The position numbers were made by a program, and so were the translations under genes. From NCBI GenBank assembly GCA_048463395.1, contig DBFWPL010000002.1:24098-88097 (forward strand): 64,000 bases of DNA, in the 5' to 3' direction. The stretch is from Alphaproteobacteria bacterium. Lineage in GTDB: Bacteria; Pseudomonadota; Alphaproteobacteria; RF32; CAG-239. Shown here in pieces: positions 57,296 to 64,000 of the stretch. Position 1 is the stretch's first letter; each line of letters starts with the position of its first letter. Below the pieces are notes generated by a model. That model searched no databases and was not told the origin of the DNA. It saw nothing but the letters and a program-made list of their open reading frames with translations.

Positions 57296-58567
57296 TTAAG
57301 CCTCTTTTTGTAATTTTGCGATAAAAAATGCGTCCATGCCGCCTTGTTCTGCCAAGTGGAACGGAAGGGTGCGAAGGTATCCTTCCGGTGTCAGGGCTTC
57401 TTTAAAGCAAGCGTCTTTAATCGGTAATAGTTTGAAGTCAGGATTGCTTTTCAGAAATTCGGAAATTTGCTCTTCTCCCTCGGCTTTTGAAATGGAACAA
57501 GTGCAGTATAGTAAAATTCCTTTGGTTTTCAGTGCCTTTCCAGCCAAGTTTAAAAACTGTTTTTGCAGAGCGGCTTGTTTTTGAATGTCTGCCGTGGTTT
57601 TGATATGGACGATTTCCGGATGTCGGCGGAGTGTTCCGGTTGCCGAGCACGGGGCATCCAGCAAAATGATGTCGTATGGTTCGTCATTAAATTCACGAAG
57701 ATATTCCAAGGCATCTGTGCAGATTGTTTTCTCGGTTTGAAGGTTCAATCGTTTTAGGTTTTCGTTCAGGGTTTTCAGCCGATCGGCGGAGATGTCCAGG
57801 GCTGTTGTTTTTGCTCCGGCGGCGATTAGTTGGGCTGTTTTTCCTCCCGGTGCAGCACAAAGATCCAATATTCTTTTTCCTGAAATTTCGCCAAGGGTTT
57901 TAACGGCCAGTGAGGCAGCAGCGTCTTGTACCCACCATTCGCCGTCGTTGTATCCGGAAAGTTTCGGAATTTTAACATTGCCGTTTAAGCGGATACTGCC
58001 GTTGGGAAGAACGGTTCCCTGAAGCTTTTGGGCCCAGATTTCGGGAGACTTTTTAACCGTAATGTCCAATGGCGGTTCCTGTTGAGCGGCTTGCTGAATT
58101 TTAGCGATTGTTTTTTTGCCGTAACTGTTTTTAAGGATTTTAAAAAACTCGGATGTGAAAAATTCTCCCGAGCTACCGGAAAGAATTTCGTCTTTATCCG
58201 CAGCGACTTTTCTTAGAACGGCGTTTACAAACCCGGCAACGAACTTATCGGTTTTTTGCTTGGCTAAATTAACATAGCTGTTGATAACAGCATAGTCCGG
58301 CGTGTTTAGAAACAAGAGTTCCGAAATGCCGAGGAAAAGGGCGTAATCAGCGTAAGCCGCTTTTGCGGGAAGTTTTTTCTTGGCGTATTTATGCAGTGTT
58401 TTTTTGATAAAGACAAGCTGCCGGAGGGTGGTAAGAATCAGCATATTGAGAAAAGCGGTTTCCTGATTTTCCGAGGAAAGTGCGTCGTTTTTGGCTTCTT
58501 TGAAGAATTGCTTTTTTTCAAGAATGTTTTGTAAGATTTCTATGGCTGTTTTTCTGGTGTCCGGCAT
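57296..58567 (-). CDS. rsmB: 16S rRNA (cytosine-C5)-methyltransferase RsmB/Sun family
   Basis: N-terminal NusB-like domain. LDLCAAPGGKT SAM-binding motif. Catalytic DAPCSATG and the second Cys (TCS). Confidence 0.8.
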   Translation of the reverse strand: MPDTRKTAIEILQNILEKKQFFKEAKNDALSSENQETAFLNMLILTTLRQLVFIKKTLHKYAKKKLPAKAAYADYALFLGISELLFLNTPDYAVINSYVNLAKQKTDKFVAGFVNAVLRKVAADKDEILSGSSGEFFTSEFFKILKNSYGKKTIAKIQQAAQQEPPLDITVKKSPEIWAQKLQGTVLPNGSIRLNGNVKIPKLSGYNDGEWWVQDAAASLAVKTLGEISGKRILDLCAAPGGKTAQLIAAGAKTTALDISADRLKTLNENLKRLNLQTEKTICTDALEYLREFNDEPYDIILLDAPCSATGTLRRHPEIVHIKTTADIQKQAALQKQFLNLAGKALKTKGILLYCTCSISKAEGEEQISEFLKSNPDFKLLPIKDACFKEALTPEGYLRTLPFHLAEQGGMDAFFIAKLQKEA

Positions 58568-58712
58568 TTGTATTTTCTCTTGTTTAGTTTGGCATATTGT
58601 AAGCGGATGTTTGTTTAATTACAAGTGAGAAAATACAGCATTTCTATTGCCATTTAGTTTAAATTATTATAATTTGTGCGTAGTTGATAATTTTTAGAAA
58701 GAGTTTTGATAT

Positions 58713-59186
58713 ATGAAAAAACAGCTGAGTATGGTTTTGGCCGTTTTGTTTTTGACATCGGCTTGTTCTTGGATGCCTGACTGGTCATGGTCATCGCTTA
58801 ATCCGTTTTCTTCTTCCGAACAGGAAGTTCAACAGGTTGAAGAACCTGAAGTTAAAATCGGCGTTAATCCGTTTTTGTGGCGGGCAAGTTTGAAAAAATT
58901 GTCTTTTATGCCGTTGGCAAGTGTTGATTCACAAACCGGTGTTCTTGTTACCGATTGGGCAGCTGTTAACGGTGTCAGCAATGAACAATTTAAAATCACG
59001 GTGAATGTTCTTTCTAAAAATTTGCGGGCAGATTGTTTGAAAGTTTCTGTGTTTAAGCGAGTTTGGATGAACGGAAAATGGAATGACACGGCGGCAGACC
59101 GCCGTTTGGCCGATGAAATTGAAAAAGCAATTTTAACCGAAGCCAAAGATATGTTTATAAAAGATGCGGAAGCAGAAAAGGAATAA
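58713..59186 (+). CDS. lipoprotein (hypothetical)
   Basis: Lipobox LFLTSACSW. 157 aa. Confidence 0.5.
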   Translation: MKKQLSMVLAVLFLTSACSWMPDWSWSSLNPFSSSEQEVQQVEEPEVKIGVNPFLWRASLKKLSFMPLASVDSQTGVLVTDWAAVNGVSNEQFKITVNVLSKNLRADCLKVSVFKRVWMNGKWNDTAADRRLADEIEKAILTEAKDMFIKDAEAEKE

Positions 59187-59192
59187 TAAAAA

Positions 59193-61679
59193 ATGACTAC
59201 AAATAATGCGAGATACAACGGCAAAGCTTCTTTTGACGAATGGAAGAAAGAGTGGGATTTGGAAGAACGTTATAATTTCCATAAAATTGAGGAAAAATGG
59301 CAGAGAATTTGGGAGGCTGAAAAAGCTTACAAAGTCGAGATAGATAAAAATAAAGAGAAGTTTTATGCTTTGGTTGAGTTTCCGTATCCGTCAGGTGCCG
59401 GTTTGCATGTGGGACACCCTCGCTCTTACACGGCTTTGGATGTGATTTCCCGCAAAAAACGCATGCAGGGTTTTAATGTGTTGTATCCGATGGGGTTTGA
59501 TGCTTTCGGACTTCCGGCAGAAAACTATGCGATTAAAACAGGGGTTCATCCGGCTGTTTCCACCAAGGCCAATATTGAAAACTTTACCCGTCAGTTGAAG
59601 TCAATCGGCTTCAGCTTTGACTGGGACAGATGTATCAATACGTCTTCTCCGGAATATTATAAATGGACACAATGGATGTTCATTAAATTCTTTGAAAAAG
59701 GATTGGCTTATAAAGATAAAATCGCGATTAACTGGTGTCCGTCCTGTAAAGTCGGTTTGGCGAACGAAGAGGTTGTCAACGGCTGTTGTGAGAGATGTGG
59801 GGCACAGGTTGTTCGCAAAAATAAAGAGCAGTGGATGATTGCGATTACCAAATATGCCGATCGTTTGATTAATGATTTGGATGATTTGGATTTTATTGAC
59901 AGAGTAAAATCTCAGCAAATTAACTGGATTGGACGTTCTGAAGGAGCTGAACTGGATTTCGGTTTGGTTGATAAAGACGGAAATGAGTTAGAAGATAAGA
60001 CAATCACCGTTTTTACAACCCGTCCGGATACGACTTTCGGCGTTACTTATATGGTTTTGGCTCCGGAGCATGAGTTTGTGCAGAAATATATGGATAAGTT
60101 TGAAAACCCTGCTGAAATTAAGGCCTATGTTGAAGAAACGGCGAAAAAATCCGATTTGCAAAGGAATATGAGCGATGATAAAACCGGTGTAGAGCTAAAA
60201 GGTATTAGGGCTAGAAATCCATATACCGGAAATTTGATACCTGTTTATATTTCCGATTATGTTTTGACCGGTTACGGTACGGGGGCTGTTATGGGTATGC
60301 CTGGTCATGATCAGCGAGATTGGGATTTTGCTACGAAATTCGGGTTGCCGATTATATCTATTTTAGATGGTGTTGATGTTAGTGAGAAAGCCGGAGAAGG
60401 TGATGCACCACACATTAATTCAGGTTTTTTGAACGGCATGAAAAATGATGAGGCTGTTAAGGCAGCGACAAATTATGCCGTTGAACACGGTTTCGGAAAA
60501 GCGAAGGTGAATTATAAACTGCGTGATTGGGTATTTTCCCGTCAACGTTACTGGGGCGAACCTATTCCGATGGTTTATTGTGAGAAATGCGGTTGGCAGC
60601 CGATACCGGAATCCGAACTTCCGCTGACTTTGCCTGAAGTTCCGGATTATCATCCGAATGATGAGGGCGAATCGCCTTTATCAAAAGCAGGAGATTGGTT
60701 GAATGCGACTTGTCCGAAATGCGGCGGATATGCCCGCAGAGAAACCGATACCATGCCGAACTGGGCAGGGTCTTCTTGGTATTTTCTGCGTTATTGCGAT
60801 CCTCACAATGATAAGGAGTTCGCTTCTAAAGAAGCTTTGGATTACTGGATGAATGTTGACTGGTACAACGGTGGTATGGAACATACAACCCTGCACTTGC
60901 TGTATTCCCGTTTTTGGCACAAATTCCTAAATGATTGTGGTTTGGTGCCGACCAAAGAACCTTACAACAAACGGACTTCTCATGGTATGATTTTGGCCGA
61001 GAACGGCGAGAAAATGTCTAAATCCCGCGGCAATGTGATTAATCCGGATGATATTATTGACGCTTACGGAGCCGATACATTCCGTTTGTATGAAATGTTT
61101 ATCGGTCCGTTTGATCAGGTTGCCATGTGGTCCGATGAAAGTTTGATGGGTGTTTATCGTTTTGTAAACAAAGTTTACGGTTTGTTTGCAAAAGTTGATA
61201 AAAACTTACAACCGAGTGCCGATGATTTGCGTCAAATGCACAAGACGATTTTGGATGTTACCGACCGTATTGATCAAATGAAGTTTAACACCGCGGTTTC
61301 TTCTCTGATGACCTATGTCAACTATTTGTCCGGAAAAGAAAAAATCGCTGCAGAATTGTATACAGCATTGCTGAAACTGATGTCTCCGTTCACACCGCAC
61401 TTGGCGGAAGAGATGTGGGCAAGAATGGGTAATGATACTTTAATTGTTACCGAAAGCTGGCCTAAAGGAGACAAGTCTTTGGCTCAGGATAATGTGATTA
61501 CGATGGCGGTTCAGGTTTGCGGCAAAATGCGTGGAACAATTGATGTTCCGGCTGAGACTTCCCGTGAGGAAATTGAAAAAATCGTGTTGTCTTTGGATAA
61601 TGTCAAACGTCAGATTGAAGGACGTGAAATTAAAAAGATTATTGTCGTTCCGAAGAAAATCGTTAACATTGTGGCTTAA
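59193..61679 (+). CDS. leuS: leucyl-tRNA synthetase
   Basis: YPSGAGLHVGHPRSY HIGH motif, KMSKS, 828 aa. Confidence 0.9.
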   Translation: MTTNNARYNGKASFDEWKKEWDLEERYNFHKIEEKWQRIWEAEKAYKVEIDKNKEKFYALVEFPYPSGAGLHVGHPRSYTALDVISRKKRMQGFNVLYPMGFDAFGLPAENYAIKTGVHPAVSTKANIENFTRQLKSIGFSFDWDRCINTSSPEYYKWTQWMFIKFFEKGLAYKDKIAINWCPSCKVGLANEEVVNGCCERCGAQVVRKNKEQWMIAITKYADRLINDLDDLDFIDRVKSQQINWIGRSEGAELDFGLVDKDGNELEDKTITVFTTRPDTTFGVTYMVLAPEHEFVQKYMDKFENPAEIKAYVEETAKKSDLQRNMSDDKTGVELKGIRARNPYTGNLIPVYISDYVLTGYGTGAVMGMPGHDQRDWDFATKFGLPIISILDGVDVSEKAGEGDAPHINSGFLNGMKNDEAVKAATNYAVEHGFGKAKVNYKLRDWVFSRQRYWGEPIPMVYCEKCGWQPIPESELPLTLPEVPDYHPNDEGESPLSKAGDWLNATCPKCGGYARRETDTMPNWAGSSWYFLRYCDPHNDKEFASKEALDYWMNVDWYNGGMEHTTLHLLYSRFWHKFLNDCGLVPTKEPYNKRTSHGMILAENGEKMSKSRGNVINPDDIIDAYGADTFRLYEMFIGPFDQVAMWSDESLMGVYRFVNKVYGLFAKVDKNLQPSADDLRQMHKTILDVTDRIDQMKFNTAVSSLMTYVNYLSGKEKIAAELYTALLKLMSPFTPHLAEEMWARMGNDTLIVTESWPKGDKSLAQDNVITMAVQVCGKMRGTIDVPAETSREEIEKIVLSLDNVKRQIEGREIKKIIVVPKKIVNIVA

Positions 61680-61688
61680 GGAAAGTAG

Positions 61689-62258
61689 ATGAAAAAATAT
61701 CCGGCATTGGTTCTTTGTTTTCTGTTTGTTTCTTCCTGTGGTTTTGAACCGCTGTATGTGCAGAAAAAGCATGATAATATGTGGTATTTCAGCGGTAATT
61801 TTGATACATCCATTTCTTCTGAAATGGCAAAGGTTAAAGTTGAAGCCTCGGGAGAACGTTTCGGACAGATGATAAGGAATCAGTTACTGGATATGTTGAC
61901 ACCAAGAGGTGTTCCTTCCAAGCCTAAGTATCGTCTGTATATTGAACCGATGGACAAAGAAGTTATTCAGCAGGCTTTGCGAAGTGATATTACGGCGACG
62001 CGTGAACGGGTTCAATATATGGTGAGTTATATGATGTATAACGGAGATGAGCTTGTTGTCAACGGAAACAGCGTAGCTTATGTCAGCTATGATATTCTCT
62101 CAAATCCGTATTCTACTACCATGGCACAGAAAAAGACCGAGAAAGACGCGGCCAAGATTATTGCTGATGACATTGCTTTGCGTATCGGGGCTTATTTCCA
62201 TACGATTATAACCAAAAAGGGCAGTTTAAGTGATTTTCAAACAAGTTCAGATAGATAA
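61689..62258 (+). CDS. lptE: LPS-assembly lipoprotein LptE-like
   Basis: Lipobox LFVSSCGF. Position directly after leuS and before holA is the conserved leuS-lptE-holA synteny. Sequence similarity alone is weak. Confidence 0.5.
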   Translation: MKKYPALVLCFLFVSSCGFEPLYVQKKHDNMWYFSGNFDTSISSEMAKVKVEASGERFGQMIRNQLLDMLTPRGVPSKPKYRLYIEPMDKEVIQQALRSDITATRERVQYMVSYMMYNGDELVVNGNSVAYVSYDILSNPYSTTMAQKKTEKDAAKIIADDIALRIGAYFHTIITKKGSLSDFQTSSDR

Positions 62259-63267
62259 GTTTCTGAAAAAGCCGGACAACTCGCTTAAATGTGTTGTGGT
62301 TTACGGAAGCAATGAAGGATTGCAGGCCGAATATGTTAAAAAGTTTACGGCGGCGATTTCTCCTGACTTGTATGATCCTTTTCGGGTTGTTTATTTGAAC
62401 GGGAGCGATGTTAATTCTGATGCGGGAATTTTGTTCGGGGAGTATAACGGACAATCGCTGATGGGCGGCCGCCGAGTGGTTGTTATTCGGGATGCGGACA
62501 ATAATCTGACCAAACATCTTAGGGCTTTGTTTGACGGTTCCGTGTCGGATACTTTGGTGATTATCTCCTCTTCAACCCTGAATAAAAGTTCTTCGTTGGT
62601 TAAGTTGGCAACCGAAAGCGATGATTTTGCCCTGATTGCCTGTTATGAAGATCGGGATGAAGATATTTTCTCAACCGCAAAAACGATGTTTGTCGAGAAT
62701 GGTTTTACAATCAACAACGAGGCTTTGCAGCTTTTGTGTTCCCGTCTTTCCAATGATCGAAAATCCAATCTCGGGGAGATTGAAAAACTGATAACTTATA
62801 TGGGAGATCGTAAAAACATTACGGTTGAGAATGTGGTCAGCATTATCAGTGATAATTCCGCATCCAATACGGATGATGTTTGTTATTTTGCGGCCGGCGG
62901 ATATGCCGAGAAAGCTTTGGCCGCCTATGTCAAACTTTTGAATGAGGGAAGTGAACCGATTTCTATTATCCGAAGTTTGACGTATCATTTTAATAAAATT
63001 CTTTCCTGTATGGCGGTTATGGAACAAGGGGAAACTTTGGACAAAGCGATGTATAAGCTGACGCCGAGAGTGATTTTTTTCAGGGAAAGCAGTTTCAAAC
63101 GTCAGGTAAGCATTTGGCCGAAGGATAAGGTTTTCGGGGTTTTGGATTTGTTGTATAAGTGTGAGAAAGATTGCAAAACAACCAATATGCCGGTTGACGA
63201 GATTGTCAGCTATGCACTTATGCAGATTGCTTCGGCCGCGGCTAAGCTTGGGCGTTCCCCTTATTAA
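62230..63267 (+). CDS. holA: DNA polymerase III delta subunit
   Basis: N-terminal YGSNEGL...NGSD pattern. Conserved position after lptE. GTG start overlapping lptE. Confidence 0.65.
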   Translation: MIFKQVQIDKFLKKPDNSLKCVVVYGSNEGLQAEYVKKFTAAISPDLYDPFRVVYLNGSDVNSDAGILFGEYNGQSLMGGRRVVVIRDADNNLTKHLRALFDGSVSDTLVIISSSTLNKSSSLVKLATESDDFALIACYEDRDEDIFSTAKTMFVENGFTINNEALQLLCSRLSNDRKSNLGEIEKLITYMGDRKNITVENVVSIISDNSASNTDDVCYFAAGGYAEKALAAYVKLLNEGSEPISIIRSLTYHFNKILSCMAVMEQGETLDKAMYKLTPRVIFFRESSFKRQVSIWPKDKVFGVLDLLYKCEKDCKTTNMPVDEIVSYALMQIASAAAKLGRSPY

Positions 63268-63556
63268 GAATCCTGTCCATTTCTTCTTGAGAAACAGTTC
63301 CCTTAACGGTAAACAGGATATATCCTTTTTTGAATAGAAAACGGGCGTATAAGCGGTTGTATGTGAATGCCATCGGGATGGATGATAAGCCGAAGGTAAT
63401 TAAATATGCCATCAGCCAAAGCAATCCGTTTATCCAATCTCTTCTTGAAAAAGGAACGCAGAAGCCAAACAGCAGGCAGCTCCATGAAAAGCCGAGAGGA
63501 GCAGTTTTAATAAGCTGTGTCCGCGGGTTTTTTAAAATTAAAATGTTGTTTGTCAT
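63242..63556 (-). CDS. small membrane protein (hypothetical)
   Basis: 104 aa, two TM helices. Overlaps the 3' end of holA on the opposite strand; may be spurious. Confidence 0.25.
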   Translation of the reverse strand: MTNNILILKNPRTQLIKTAPLGFSWSCLLFGFCVPFSRRDWINGLLWLMAYLITFGLSSIPMAFTYNRLYARFLFKKGYILFTVKGTVSQEEMDRILNKGNAQA

Positions 63557-63650
63557 GATTTATAAAATTCCTGTATTTTTTCTCTTTTATATATAAACTG
63601 GCAAAAAATACAAGATGGTAATTTTTGAGAGTAAAAAGGTAGAGAAACTT

Positions 63651-64000
63651 ATGCAAAAAATGCTTACATATTGGAATAAAAAGTTGATACAACCGATGAA
63701 AAGACAGTATCGGGATCCACGCTATTTGGCTCGGGCAACTTCCATCGGCATGGGGTTGGCTTTTGCTCCTTTTCCGGGGCAGATTCCGGTAGTGGCGGCG
63801 ATTTGGGTTTTGGCCAGAAAATTGAAATGGCGTTTCAGTTTGGTCGTCAGTTTGGCGTGGACGTTTATTTCCAATGTTTTTACCAATCTGCCGTTGTTTT
63901 ACCTGTATTATCTGGTCGGTAATTTTTTAAGAGGAAAAAAGGATGTTTTAAGTTATGGGAGTATTCAGGCCAGATTTGACAGCGGTTTATTTTACGGAAT
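63651..64000 (+). CDS. membrane protein, 3'-partial (DUF2062-like)
   Basis: The ATG at 63651 is preceded by AAGGTAGAG. The hydrophobic ORF continues past the window end. Confidence 0.35.
   Translation, partial: MQKMLTYWNKKLIQPMKRQYRDPRYLARATSIGMGLAFAPFPGQIPVVAAIWVLARKLKWRFSLVVSLAWTFISNVFTNLPLFYLYYLVGNFLRGKKDVLSYGSIQARFDSGLFYG

Overview
This is a ~64 kb chromosomal window from a low-GC (~40%) Gram-negative bacterium. LptE, LPS/O-antigen sugar-nucleotide genes and an SPFH lipoprotein support the Gram-negative call. Organism identity is not asserted.

The backbone is housekeeping: UDG family 4, lytic transglycosylase, ugd-galE, nagBA, pip, mazG-like, typA/bipA, pyrF/pyrE, htpG, groESL, rsmB and leuS-lptE-holA. 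Interleaved with it is a surface-polysaccharide locus: DHHW/MBOAT O-acetylation pair, GT11 and GT4 glycosyltransferases, and rmlACDB.

The main findings in the window are:
- A ~4 kb accessory insert between galE and nagBA carries a lone T7-type tail-fibre gene with a tail-fibre-assembly chaperone, a SIMPL protein, and two cysteine-rich secreted proteins. A T13 tract sits in the promoter of the Cys-rich operon and an imperfect (GT)n tract sits in its first CDS; both are candidate phase-variation sites.
- A conserved ~95-nt structured core lies inside T-loop-interrupted copies of the cognate tRNA 3' half, immediately downstream of intact tRNA-Gly(GCC) and tRNA-Ser(CGA). Each copy has duplicated terminator hairpins and compensatory stem changes. 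This is the most unusual feature in the window.
- A third tRNA-Ser 3'-end fragment lies further downstream.
- The typA 5' leader contains direct and inverted repeats that allow alternative pairings.
- A candidate terminated sRNA lies between typA and a small HTH gene.
- A 667-aa low-complexity K/E/N-rich effector-like protein sits next to groESL.
- A BacNaV-like ion channel carries an LDGWAS selectivity filter.
- A TetR gene has two palindromic operators.
- A WecA-like and a PanE-like protein each have degenerate catalytic/cofactor motifs.

No rRNA, CRISPR array, transposase or integrase gene was seen. Many ORFs in the six-frame track are antisense shadows of long genes. A partial TPR lipoprotein gene at the left edge (minus strand) is missing from the track.
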